Notes: generated from the sequence alone by a model not told the origin. A stretch of DNA of 64,000 nt from Candidatus Eutrophovita brisbanensis (GCA_038147395.1 JAYQTM010000001.1:577437-641436), one strand, 5' to 3'. Positions 25,418-34,744 are shown, numbered from the stretch's first letter. Made by a program: numbers and translations.

Positions 25418-26713
25418 TCAGAAGTCACAAAGTTTGGATTGTGCGTCGAACAAAAATTCACTAGGCGTCGAGATCACTTCAAATAAATCTGGTCTATCTT
25501 GGATCTCGCTGATCATGTTTTCAGAAATGTCAATTTCTCCCAGAGATAATGTATTCTTGATTCTTACAATTCTGCATTCGTCTACTTTTTTTCTCACTAC
25601 AGTCTTTACTGCGAGGGCTATTGCCTCTCGATCTGTGTTCATCACGATCGGTATGGCTGCACCATCTAAGTTCATTGATGTAATGACATTGGCGTAGGTT
25701 GCGCCAATGTCAATGGATTGGTAAAGACGCATCGTCGTAACGTCGGCACCACCAATACCAGTGGCATTTCCATGGCTCTCTGGCGTCAAGCCCAGAACCA
25801 CGATTTTTTGAACCGTCAATTCGTTGTTCCATTCGACAGCTCTTCGATTCCGGCCCGTGATATTTGGATCATATCCAGCACCGCTAATATTTTTACCCAT
25901 CTCATCGATGACGAGCACGTCAATGTCCGTAAAATTTAGTTTTGGCATATTCCGTTTCGCTAGATCCTGTAGAAACGGCTCTCTTTCACCAATTTGGTGT
26001 GCTGGAATAATTTCAATGACTGCTGTTTGATCGTAGGCATTCTCGACGACACCCACACCGAACATCACATTACGCGCTTTGATGTTTACATCACGAACTT
26101 TTGGTAACAATGATGGAAACATATCCATCCCATGTTGGTGGTAAGTGGCAGCACCAACTATTTTGCCGATACCTATGGCAAGCATTTTCGTTAAGCCACT
26201 CTCTGTTGCACCTCTAAATGCAGTATGCGGTTTAATCCTGTTGATAACGACAATTCCATCCGCTTTAGCGGCGTTGGCATCCATGTGAACCGGGGTTCCA
26301 TCGGTGAGGTGTCCCACAATGACAGTCTCCATTGTTGCCCGGATCGGGACACCGATCGCCTCCTCCGTGATGCCGTATCCTTCAAGTACGTTTTTTTGAC
26401 CGTCTGCTGTTGCCGCTCCATGACTCCCCATGCATGGGAAAATAAATGGCTGAGCCCCGGCTGCTTTAAGTTCTGAGACGACAGCTCGCGTGATGACATC
26501 GATGTTGGCAATTCCTCGACTACCGCAGCCTACCGCGATTGTCTGCCCGGCTTTTATGGTCCTTACTATTGCTTCTTTTTTAAATTCCTCTGCGATGACT
26601 CGTGGAATATCATCAATGATAGGGGCTTCAAAATTTTGTTTTACACGAACCATTTTACTTAGCGGGAAGTTAAGCCCACCAGCTATATTGACGTCAATAT
26701 TGTCGGATATCAC
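25418..26713 (-). CDS. Divergent LarA-like (lactate racemase N-terminal domain/DUF2088-type) protein
   Basis: 431 aa and collinear with the adjacent LarA. MGSHG corresponds to ATGxHR, and IKPHTAFRGATESGLTKM to PHffaGySGGRK. The DxTR motif is replaced by GCGSRG. Confidence 0.55.
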   Translation of the reverse strand: MISDNIDVNIAGGLNFPLSKMVRVKQNFEAPIIDDIPRVIAEEFKKEAIVRTIKAGQTIAVGCGSRGIANIDVITRAVVSELKAAGAQPFIFPCMGSHGAATADGQKNVLEGYGITEEAIGVPIRATMETVIVGHLTDGTPVHMDANAAKADGIVVINRIKPHTAFRGATESGLTKMLAIGIGKIVGAATYHQHGMDMFPSLLPKVRDVNIKARNVMFGVGVVENAYDQTAVIEIIPAHQIGEREPFLQDLAKRNMPKLNFTDIDVLVIDEMGKNISGAGYDPNITGRNRRAVEWNNELTVQKIVVLGLTPESHGNATGIGGADVTTMRLYQSIDIGATYANVITSMNLDGAAIPIVMNTDREAIALAVKTVVRKKVDECRIVRIKNTLSLGEIDISENMISEIQDRPDLFEVISTPSEFLFDAQSKLCDF

Positions 26714-26768
26714 AGAATCCCCTTTTCTATTTATTCTTTTTAAAATTTAATCGTTTTGGCCGTGGCAA

Positions 26769-28064
26769 TCAATCTTGAAGTCTGGGGACGACGTACGGTC
26801 CCTCTGGGATGATCGCGAGACTGGTTTCCCCTAGCGTGTTCTTATTCCTTTGGGCGCAGTGGCGGATAAACTCATTGATATCTGAAATCATATTCACTCC
26901 CGTGAGCGCGCGATCAGCCTCATTCAGTCCAGTGGTGTACAAGTTGATGTTGCCTACCTTCATCGCTTTAGTTTGCATCTGCGTTTGCCATTCGTCGACT
27001 GATGCGTAGTCTTTTTTAGCAATCGACTCGCAAAACGATGTGTAACCTAGCTTTATGAGGCGACGTTGCGCATCTTTATATTCGCTCGACCCGAGCCCCT
27101 CGGAGCAATCCGACACAATGATAAGGTCGCCACCAGGTTGCAAGATTTTGTACGGGGTGACCATCCCCTTCACAGTTTGGTAGTACGTTTGATCGAGTGG
27201 ATATCCCGCGGCGCTAGTTACGATGGTTTGGAAACGGCGAGCGACTGTGACTGAGAGGTATTCTTGTGCAAAATTGACAGATTCCAAATGACTGCTAATG
27301 ATCTCTCCGAAATTTACATAAGATAAATTTCTGTGCTCATCTAACACGGTGTTAACGCAATAAACCGGACCCAGCATACTGACGATTTCAGTTTGTTCCT
27401 CGTGAAGCGGGTTCCCCACTAAGATACAGCTGTCCGCGTATGGATCAGACATAAATTTATGGTTATGAAATGTCGTGATGGTTTCCTCGTGGGCGATTCC
27501 AGGGGCGATGACTTTTCTCCCTCCTGAATATCCCGCCATGAAGTGTGGTTCGACGAGGCCTGTGACGATTTTTACCTCGGCGTCAACAAATCGACGGTCC
27601 AGGCGCACCACAGTGCCTTTGCTTGTCGTCCCGACCAACACGTGTTCATCACTCTTTTTTGCGTTATGGTTGACGATTTCAATGTTTTCTAAAATCCATT
27701 TATCACCAATCAGTCTTGATAATTCATCTCCTAAGTTGGGGCGATGAAGTCCAGTAGCGACTAAGATTTTAATTGAGGTTCGTGGTATCCCCGCCGTCAT
27801 CAATTCAGATACGATTTCTGGAAGTAAAAGACCATTTGGCACTGGCCTTGTGATGTCACAAATGAGGATGCAGGCGCTTTCTTTATTTCTTGCGACCACT
27901 TGGAGCGATGGACCAGAGGACGGGGATAGCAGTGCCTTTTGAACTGCGCGCCGTGGCTCTGGAACGATTGGCATCTTAGGCTTACGAATGATTTCGGCTT
28001 CCCATGATTCATCTATTTCGATGGGAATCGAGCCACGTCCATAGTTCAGATTGATCTTCGTCAT
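26769..28064 (-). CDS. LarA-family nickel-pincer (NPN) dependent 2-hydroxyacid racemase/epimerase homolog
   Basis: All LarA landmark motifs as I recall them: CDITRPVP, VATGLHRP, VEPHFMAGYSGGRK, PGIAHEE...FHNH, AAGYPLDQTYYQTVKGM. Confidence 0.82.
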   Translation of the reverse strand: MTKINLNYGRGSIPIEIDESWEAEIIRKPKMPIVPEPRRAVQKALLSPSSGPSLQVVARNKESACILICDITRPVPNGLLLPEIVSELMTAGIPRTSIKILVATGLHRPNLGDELSRLIGDKWILENIEIVNHNAKKSDEHVLVGTTSKGTVVRLDRRFVDAEVKIVTGLVEPHFMAGYSGGRKVIAPGIAHEETITTFHNHKFMSDPYADSCILVGNPLHEEQTEIVSMLGPVYCVNTVLDEHRNLSYVNFGEIISSHLESVNFAQEYLSVTVARRFQTIVTSAAGYPLDQTYYQTVKGMVTPYKILQPGGDLIIVSDCSEGLGSSEYKDAQRRLIKLGYTSFCESIAKKDYASVDEWQTQMQTKAMKVGNINLYTTGLNEADRALTGVNMISDINEFIRHCAQRNKNTLGETSLAIIPEGPYVVPRLQD

Positions 28065-28133
28065 ATGAATGTAGCCTCACGTTTTTGGTTCATGTTGGAT
28101 CCAACTTGAGTTCATGGAAAGTATTAGATGGCC

Positions 28134-28517
28134 TTAAAAAATTGCGTAGATCGTTATTAAGAATGACCCAACGCACGCTATATTAAGTATAAGGCCAGCA
28201 GCACTCAGTCCCCGTGCGAGCAACGAATTGTTTGGGTGAGTTCCTTTAATGATATATAAAGACACGACTGCAGCGACCAGGCAAAGTCCGGGTACGAGCA
28301 CAAGGATGGGGATGGTGATTAGATATGTAAACGTATTTCCAAAGTCCTCGGGTGTTGCTAAGTTTGCGATAATAAATAACCCAAATATGCCGGCCATGAG
28401 TACGAGCACGCTCGTGAGCAGAGGGTTTTTCAGTGCTTTGGGTGTTGTAGAGTCTTCTTCGGGAACCGTATTTGTCACATTTAATCGCGGATAACGTTTT
28501 ACTGTTTTGAAAGCCAT
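28134..28517 (-). CDS. Small hypothetical membrane protein (3-4 TM)
   Basis: 127-aa ORF with hydrophobic segments LLTSVLVLMAGIFGLFIIANL, ITIPILVLVPGLCLVAAVVSLYII and GLILNIACVGSFLITIYAIF. Heads the minus-strand LarA gene string. No family recognised. Confidence 0.55.
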   Translation of the reverse strand: MAFKTVKRYPRLNVTNTVPEEDSTTPKALKNPLLTSVLVLMAGIFGLFIIANLATPEDFGNTFTYLITIPILVLVPGLCLVAAVVSLYIIKGTHPNNSLLARGLSAAGLILNIACVGSFLITIYAIF

Positions 28518-28523
28518 ACAATC

Positions 28524-30080
28524 TTGACTAAGTGTATATCGACCAGTCTATCAAATCGCCATATCTCGATTTTTTGGAGAAAATGGTGCGCGTTGTTTTT
28601 AACTCTGTGTCCTGTCATCTTACTATCTGGCAATGTGGTTGCAGCCACCGAGGATCAACGAAAGGTTCTTGAGTCTGAGCTGACGGCGGTGGTGAATCGA
28701 GCCCATGCGAAAAATGTGATTTTGTTTGTTGGCGACGGGATGGGTGTCTCCACGGTAACCGCCGCTAGGATATTCGATGGGCAGCGAAAAGGATTGCTGG
28801 GTGAAGAGAATAGTCTTTCCTTTGAACAATTCCCCTTCCTAGCACTATCAAAGACTTACAGCGCAAATCAGCAAACCCCAGATTCCGCTCCGACCATGAG
28901 TGCAATGATGACTGGAGTGAAGACCAATGGGGGTGTGATTGGTGTGGACGAATCGATAAATTTCGGAGAGGAGAGTTGGCAAAAGATCGTGAGAGGAACC
29001 GTGCCCAATCTTATCGAGTTGGCGGAGCAAGCAGGATTATCCACTGGTATTGTGACCACGTCCCGCCTCACTCATGCGACTCCTGCCGCGTGCTTCGCTC
29101 ACACTTCTAATAGAAACTGGGAATCTGATGCGGATGTGCCGACCTCTTCAGATGTTCCTGACATTGCAAGCCAATTCGTTGATTTTTCTTATGGGGATGG
29201 AATTGATGTGGCTCTGGGTGGGGGGCTAAGTGCTTTTATCCCTACCGGTGGATCAAAATTGGTGGTGGGTGAGGGGAAGCGTGATGATGGGCGCGACTTG
29301 ATTGAAGACTGGACGAGAAGATTTCCAGATGGTTCTGTCGTATTTTCTCGAGAGGAGCTCCTCTCTTTACCTGGTCGAGATGTGCGAAAGGTGTTCGGCA
29401 TTTTTAGCGAATCTCACATGCCTTATCGAACCGATTTGAATTCTGAACAAATGACAGTACCCACCTTACCCGAAATGACACGAGCGGCGATTGAGACGCT
29501 CTCTAAAAATGAGCGTGGATTCTTTCTGCATGTGGAATCCGCGCGCATCGATCACGGTCATCATGCGAATAATGCCTACCGAGCATTAGCAGAGGTAGTG
29601 GAGCTGTCGCGAGCTGTTGACGTGGCTCTAGATATGGTTGACCTCAAAGAGACGTTGATTATAGTGACCGCTGATCATAGCCACGTATTTACCATCTCGG
29701 GTTACCCTAAGCGGGGTAATCCTATACTTGGCAAGGTAGTAGAGCCAGGTCATAATTCGCCAAAACTAGATGCTGATGGCCGTCCCTACACCACTTTGGG
29801 GTATGTTAACGGTCCCGGTATGCATGTTTTGGATCCCGGTGGGGACATGGTCTACGACGAGCTGATAAATGCTGGCCGTGAGAACTTAGATGTGGTCGAT
29901 ACCGAGTCGCCAACCTATCATCAAGAAACGCTCATCCCGCTCTCAGCTGAGACACATGGAGGCGAAGACGTTGCCATTTATGCGACTGGACCGAGCGCGT
30001 ATTTGTTTCGTGGCGTGAAGGAGCAAAACTATGTTTTCGAAGTAATGGCATACGCATTGAAACTGAGAGGGGACAAATAA
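28524..30080 (+). CDS. Alkaline phosphatase (PhoA/TNAP-like family), exported
   Basis: Catalytic motifs VGDGMGVST, TPDSAPTMSAMMTGVKTN (Ser nucleophile), ARIDHGHH, VTADHSH and ETHGGEDV. Signal-peptide-like N-terminus. Only a TTG (28524) is available as an in-frame start upstream of the hydrophobic region. Confidence 0.88.
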   Translation: MTKCISTSLSNRHISIFWRKWCALFLTLCPVILLSGNVVAATEDQRKVLESELTAVVNRAHAKNVILFVGDGMGVSTVTAARIFDGQRKGLLGEENSLSFEQFPFLALSKTYSANQQTPDSAPTMSAMMTGVKTNGGVIGVDESINFGEESWQKIVRGTVPNLIELAEQAGLSTGIVTTSRLTHATPAACFAHTSNRNWESDADVPTSSDVPDIASQFVDFSYGDGIDVALGGGLSAFIPTGGSKLVVGEGKRDDGRDLIEDWTRRFPDGSVVFSREELLSLPGRDVRKVFGIFSESHMPYRTDLNSEQMTVPTLPEMTRAAIETLSKNERGFFLHVESARIDHGHHANNAYRALAEVVELSRAVDVALDMVDLKETLIIVTADHSHVFTISGYPKRGNPILGKVVEPGHNSPKLDADGRPYTTLGYVNGPGMHVLDPGGDMVYDELINAGRENLDVVDTESPTYHQETLIPLSAETHGGEDVAIYATGPSAYLFRGVKEQNYVFEVMAYALKLRGDK

Positions 30081-30084
30081 CAAA

Positions 30085-30553
30085 ATGCAGACGATCGAAG
30101 ACCGGCTCAATGAGCTGAACATCACGTTGCCAACCGTGAAGTCACCTGCCTTTAACTATATGGCAACAGTAACCTCCGGCAATCTTTGTTACATCAGTGG
30201 ACAGCTGCCGTGGCAGGAAGATGGCGGCCTGATAACCGGTAAAGTTGCTGAGAGTTGCTCCATTGACGAGGCGCGGCGAGCGGCTGAACGGTGTGTCTTG
30301 GCAGCATTGTCTCAGCTCAAGCATACCTTGGGTGATCTTGATTCTGTGGTTCGTGTGGTCAAGCTGACGGGTTTTGTGTCATCGGCCTCCGGGTTTCATT
30401 GAACAGCCACGCGTCTTGGATGCGGCGTCGGACCTTCTTGTGCAAATTTTCGGAGAGCGAGGACGTCACTCAAGAAGCGCTGTGGGCGTAGCAGAGCTAC
30501 CACGTGGAGTCCCTGTGGAAATTGAGTTTGTGATAGAAATCGCGGTTTCTTGA
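30085..30553 (+). pseudogene. RidA/YjgF-family protein gene, frame broken as sequenced at GGGTTT (30391-30396)
   Basis: The ORF 30085-30402 (…GNLCYISGQLPW…VVRVVKLTGFVSSASGFH*) stops early. The +1 frame continues FIEQPRVLDAASDLLVQIFGERGRHSRSAVGVAELPRGVPVEIEFVIEI to the stop at 30551-30553, giving a ~155-aa RidA-like protein. Confidence 0.8.
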
Positions 30554-30571
30554 CCCCTCGGTGCATGGGTG

Positions 30572-30611
30572 ACGCCCGATAGGGATCGAGGTTTCGGGCG
30601 TTCGTGTTTTA
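30572..30611 (+). terminator. Hairpin between convergent ridA-like and MR/MLE copy 2; probable terminator
   Basis: Perfect 8-bp stem acgcccga/tcgggcgt (30572-30579 and 30594-30601), 14-nt loop, followed by tcgtgtttta. Confidence 0.4.
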
Positions 30612-31709
30612 TTCGGCTTCATATCTTGCGATAATTTCCTCTAGCGGGTCTCGGCCAAGACCCGGGCCTTCAGGCAGTCTCAGGTATCCATTCGATGGGA
30701 CGATATCATCCCCATAAACATGCGCTTCGCAGTCAAAAAACCGCCATTCAACCAGCGGGTCGGACGACATAGAAGCAACAGCATGAATTGCCGCGAGTAA
30801 GCCAGGCCCCTCGTAAAAGCTGTGTGGGACCACTCTGACGCTAAATTGATCTGCTAGGGCAAATACCTCTTTCAATGTTGAGATACCTCCCGTTTTTATT
30901 GGGCTGGGTTGAACAATATCCACCGAGTTTGATTCGAAGAGGGTTCGGTACTGTGTCAGCGTCGCAGCGTTTTCCCCCGCTGCAACTGGAATGCCGCCCT
31001 TTGTTTTAATTCTTGCCAATGCCTGGTGATCCTCTGGTGGCCAAACCGGCTCTTCAAGCCAGCTGGGATTTACAGACTGGAGTTTTTTAGCCATCTCAAT
31101 GGCCTGATCCTCAGACCAAGGACAATTGACATCGAGCATGATGGCGATGTCATCACCCGCAACGTCTCTAGCAGCCACGATGCACTCATAATCGATTTCG
31201 TGCAATTTGATGTGACGAAATCCCTGGTCCACACATTTTTTGACGCTTTCTCTAACAGCGCTAGGGTCTCCGAATCTCACCAAACTGGCGTATGCTGGGA
31301 TTTGCTGTTGTTTTGATTCTCCCAGCATGTCGGAAATTGAGGTCTTCGTTGTTTTACCTAAGATGTCCCAAAGCGCAATGTCCAGTCCCGATAGGCCATA
31401 AATCACCGGCCCGCCTCGACCAAATATATGTAATTTTTTCTGCAAATCGTCCATGAATGTTTTTATGTCTTCGACTGTTTGTCCCTCGCATAACGGTTTA
31501 ATCATGGATTCTATGACGGCTTTTGTTCCGGGAATAATTGTGTATCCAAAAGCTTCTCCCCATCCGACCACACCCTCTGTGGTCTCGATTCGAACGAACA
31601 ATGCATCTGCTGTGGACCAGTCTTTTCCCCCCCATGCGCTGGTCTGTGCCTCAGCGCCAACGGAATAGGGGATACGAAGTTCAATAGTTTCTAGACTTTT
31701 GATTTTCAT
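30609..31709 (-). CDS. Enolase-superfamily enzyme (mandelate racemase/muconate lactonizing family), copy 2
   Basis: 366 aa. IKLHEIDYE, MLDVNCPW, SWLEEPVWPPED, VAAGENA and IVQPSPIKTGGIS motifs. Confidence 0.85.
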   Translation of the reverse strand: MKIKSLETIELRIPYSVGAEAQTSAWGGKDWSTADALFVRIETTEGVVGWGEAFGYTIIPGTKAVIESMIKPLCEGQTVEDIKTFMDDLQKKLHIFGRGGPVIYGLSGLDIALWDILGKTTKTSISDMLGESKQQQIPAYASLVRFGDPSAVRESVKKCVDQGFRHIKLHEIDYECIVAARDVAGDDIAIMLDVNCPWSEDQAIEMAKKLQSVNPSWLEEPVWPPEDHQALARIKTKGGIPVAAGENAATLTQYRTLFESNSVDIVQPSPIKTGGISTLKEVFALADQFSVRVVPHSFYEGPGLLAAIHAVASMSSDPLVEWRFFDCEAHVYGDDIVPSNGYLRLPEGPGLGRDPLEEIIARYEAE

Positions 31710-31949
31710 GGCTAAATTCCTTCAATTTGCTTCGCTATCATCCGCGTCGGTCGATGCTTTCTGAGTTTTTATGATGCCAACGATATAAGAAACAAATCCA
31801 CGCGTATAGCCTTCATTACATTTTTACCTTTACCGTTAAGACGACGGATTCCGCGCTGTAATTGGCCAAATTGGTCTTGGCTAGCCTCAACCACTGGTTT
31901 TTGTGCGAGTTTGTTTTCGTTCTGAGCCAATCCAGGGTCAAATGTACAA

Positions 31950-31978
31950 TTGACAACGAAAAGCTAAAACACGATAAT
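31950..31978 (+). promoter_or_regulatory. Strong sigma70 promoter for the tRNA-tuf transcription unit
   Basis: TTGACA (31950-31955), 17-nt spacer, GATAAT (31973-31978), then the GC-rich discriminator gctcggc. tRNA-Tyr starts at 31993. Confidence 0.6.
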
Positions 31979-31992
31979 GCTCGGCTTCGTTC

Positions 31993-32079
<87 letters not shown>

Positions 32080-32176
32080 TGATGTTGTAGTTTTTTTGGG
32101 GCGTTTTGTATAGCACTTAAGAAACTCGATTTTGCGGCGCGATCGATGTAGCGGTTGGGCCGTAAGTCGGTTGCGG

Positions 32177-32250
32177 GCGGGTGTAGCTCAATGGTAGAGC
32201 AGAAGCCTTCCAAGCTTACGACGAGGGTTCGATTCCCTTCACCCGCTCCA
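32177..32250 (+). tRNA. tRNA-Gly (TCC)
   Basis: GCGGGTG-TA-GCTCAATGGTAGAGC-A-GAAGC-CTTCCAA-GCTTA...GAGGGTTCGATTCCCTT-CACCCGC-T-CCA. Resembles E. coli glyT. Confidence 0.92.
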
Positions 32251-32269
32251 TGAGTTGCTTGAACCGTGT

Positions 32270-32344
<75 letters not shown>

Positions 32345-32396
32345 TGCTTGGGCTTAAATTTTAATTTTTTAGCATCAGTTTAATTAAGGGTTAGTT

Positions 32397-33587
32397 ATGG
32401 CAAAGGGAAAGTTTGAGCGGACAAAGCCGCACGTGAATGTTGGAACGATTGGGCACGTTGACCATGGTAAGACGACGTTAACTGCCGCTATTACGACCAT
32501 ATTGGCTGCGAAGCAGGGTGGAGAAGCCAAGGGTTATGACCAGATTGACAATGCGCCAGAAGAGAAAGCTCGTGGTATCACGATCAATACTTCTCACGTC
32601 GAATATGAGACGGATAATCGCCACTATGCGCACGTTGACTGTCCCGGTCACGCTGACTATGTGAAGAACATGATTACGGGTGCGGCGCAGATGGATGGTG
32701 CTATTTTGGTTGTTTCAGCCGCAGATGGTCCGATGCCTCAAACGCGTGAGCACATTTTGCTTGCACGACAGGTTGGTGTGCCATACATCATTGTATTTTT
32801 GAATAAAGCTGATCAGGTTGATGATGCTGAATTGCTCGAGCTTGTTGAAATGGAAGTTCGAGAGTTGCTCTCTAAATATGATTTCCCTGGAGATGACACT
32901 CCAATCGTGATTGGTTCAGCCCTCAAGGCGCTTGAAGGTGACACGGGTGAGCATGGTGAGCAGGCGATCATGAAGCTGGCTGAAGCCCTGGACTCATACA
33001 TTCCAGAGCCACAAAGAACACTGGATATGGCGTTTTTGATGCCAGTTGAGGACGTATTCTCAATTTCAGGTCGAGGAACCGTGGTTACTGGTCGTGTAGA
33101 GCGCGGCATCATCACGGTTAACGATGAGATTGAAATCGTTGGCTTGAAGGATACAACTAAGACGGTATGTACGGGCGTTGAGATGTTCCGTAAATTGCTT
33201 GACCAAGGTCAGGCTGGCGATAACGTTGGTGTTCTTCTTCGTGGTACGAAGCGTGATGAAGTTGAGCGTGGTCAAGTGTTGGCTAAGCCTGGTTCGATCA
33301 CGCCACACGTTAAGTTTGAGGCTGAGGTTTACGTCTTGAGTAAGGAAGAGGGCGGACGACACACCCCATTCTTTAACGGCTACAGACCACAGTTTTATTT
33401 CAGAACAACGGATGTGACTGGCTCATGTGATTTGCCAGAGGGTACTGAGATGGTGATGCCTGGTGATAACGTGCAGATGAAGGTTACTTTGATTCAGCCG
33501 ATTGCTATGGAAGAGGGTTTGCGTTTCGCGATCCGTGAGGGCGGTCGAACTGTCGGTGCCGGCGTTGTATCCAAAGTAACCGAGTAA
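32397..33587 (+). CDS. tuf: Elongation factor Tu, copy 1 (tufB-like position after the Tyr-Gly-Thr tRNA cluster)
   Basis: [33 protein letters not shown]..., 396 aa, canonical EF-Tu. Confidence 0.98.
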   Translation: MAKGKFERTKPHVNVGTIGHVDHGKTTLTAAITTILAAKQGGEAKGYDQIDNAPEEKARGITINTSHVEYETDNRHYAHVDCPGHADYVKNMITGAAQMDGAILVVSAADGPMPQTREHILLARQVGVPYIIVFLNKADQVDDAELLELVEMEVRELLSKYDFPGDDTPIVIGSALKALEGDTGEHGEQAIMKLAEALDSYIPEPQRTLDMAFLMPVEDVFSISGRGTVVTGRVERGIITVNDEIEIVGLKDTTKTVCTGVEMFRKLLDQGQAGDNVGVLLRGTKRDEVERGQVLAKPGSITPHVKFEAEVYVLSKEEGGRHTPFFNGYRPQFYFRTTDVTGSCDLPEGTEMVMPGDNVQMKVTLIQPIAMEEGLRFAIREGGRTVGAGVVSKVTE

Positions 33588-33608
33588 AATAACTGTAGAA
33601 ATTTAGTT

Positions 33609-33684
33609 AGGCCAGTAGCTCAATTGGTAGAGCGTCGGTCTCCAAAACCGAAGGTTGGGGGTTCGAGACCCTCCTGGCCTGCCA
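33609..33684 (+). tRNA. tRNA-Trp (CCA)
   Basis: AGGCCAG-TA-GCTCAATTGGTAGAGC-G-TCGGT-CTCCAAA-ACCGA...GGGGGTTCGAGACCCTC-CTGGCCT-G-CCA. Usual position between tuf and secE. Confidence 0.93.
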
Positions 33685-33726
33685 AAGAAACTTGATTTGA
33701 CGTCGCTTCGGAAAGGCTGGCTGTAG

Positions 33727-34077
33727 ATGTTGATGGATAGATTGAAATTGAGCCTATCGGCTCTAATATTTCTTGCGGGCGTAGTGGCTTCTTACACGCT
33801 CACGGAAGTGCCTTCTGTGGTCAGAGTTCTGTGTGCGCTAATTGGCTTGTTGCTAGCCCTCGGAGTGCTATCTCTCACAGACAAGGGGCGAGAGCTCATT
33901 CAGTTTTGCCGAGAGGCGATCGTTGAAACTAAAAAAGTTGTCTGGCCATCGAAAAAGGAAACGGTGCAAACGACAGGCGTCGTTGTGGTGTTTGTCTTAG
34001 TGATGGCGCTCATTCTTTGGGGTATTGATGGCGCGCTGGGTTCGTTGGTGCGAATGTTACTGGGTGTGGAGGCCTGA
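33727..34077 (+). CDS. secE: Preprotein translocase subunit SecE
   Basis: 116 aa and three hydrophobic helices. Conserved C-terminal part [43 protein letters not shown]. Upstream of nusG. Confidence 0.9.
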   Translation: MLMDRLKLSLSALIFLAGVVASYTLTEVPSVVRVLCALIGLLLALGVLSLTDKGRELIQFCREAIVETKKVVWPSKKETVQTTGVVVVFVLVMALILWGIDGALGSLVRMLLGVEA

Positions 34078-34082
34078 CAGCT

Positions 34083-34610
34083 ATGAAATGGTACGTCGTT
34101 CACGCCTATTCTGGCTACGAAAAAAGCGTTAAGAAAAGTCTGGCAGAGCGCATTGAGCGTGCCGGCATGGCGGCTGAATTCGGTCAAATCTTGGTTCCGG
34201 TGGAGGAGGTTGTCGAAATCAAGGGAGGGCAAAAGTCAATCAGTGAGCGCAAGTTTTTCCCGGGCTATGTCTTGGTCGAGATGAGCATGACGGATGAGAC
34301 TTGGCATTTGGTCAAAAGCACACCGAAAGTGACGGGATTTGTTGGAGGAGTTGGTAATAAGCCCTCGCCGATTTCTCAAAAAGAGGTCGACGGCATTCTT
34401 GGCCAGATTCAGGAGGGTGTTGAAAAGCCTAAACCTAAAATCCTCTTCGAGGCCGGTGAAAGTGTTCGTGTCAAAGACGGTCCCTTCATGGACTTCCACG
34501 GTAACGTTGAGGAGGTTAATTACGAAAAAAACAAACTTCGCGTTTCTGTCTCAATTTTTGGACGATCAACACCCGTGGAGTTAGATTTTGGTCAGGTCGA
34601 AAAGGCCTGA
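34083..34610 (+). CDS. nusG: Transcription termination/antitermination factor NusG
   Basis: [20 protein letters not shown]...FPGYVLVEM...KVTGFVG...[18 protein letters not shown] (NGN + KOW). Confidence 0.96.
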   Translation: MKWYVVHAYSGYEKSVKKSLAERIERAGMAAEFGQILVPVEEVVEIKGGQKSISERKFFPGYVLVEMSMTDETWHLVKSTPKVTGFVGGVGNKPSPISQKEVDGILGQIQEGVEKPKPKILFEAGESVRVKDGPFMDFHGNVEEVNYEKNKLRVSVSIFGRSTPVELDFGQVEKA

Positions 34611-34629
34611 GTTCAGCCATCCTTTTCTT

Positions 34630-34659
34630 TTGCGGTAAGGAAAGCTTTACTGTTATAAT
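34630..34659 (+). promoter_or_regulatory. Putative L11-operon promoter
   Basis: TTGCGG (34630-34635), 18-nt spacer, TATAAT (34654-34659), with upstream TG (extended -10). An ~85-nt leader follows before rplK; this could hold the L1 autoregulatory site (not verified). Confidence 0.45.
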
Positions 34660-34744
34660 TGTCGGCTAACTAAATTTGGGGAGCTCTGACGCAAGGTATT
34701 GTGGCGAGCGTTTGGACCCGCACTTACTCTGAGGGAGTGTCGCT

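Noticed and set aside
28604-28630. Pho-box-like CTGTCAT (28612-28618) with a degenerate second repeat near the alkaline phosphatase start
   Set aside because: It lies inside the signal-peptide coding sequence (…LTLCPVILLSG…), downstream of any possible start codon, and the second half-site matches only 4/7.
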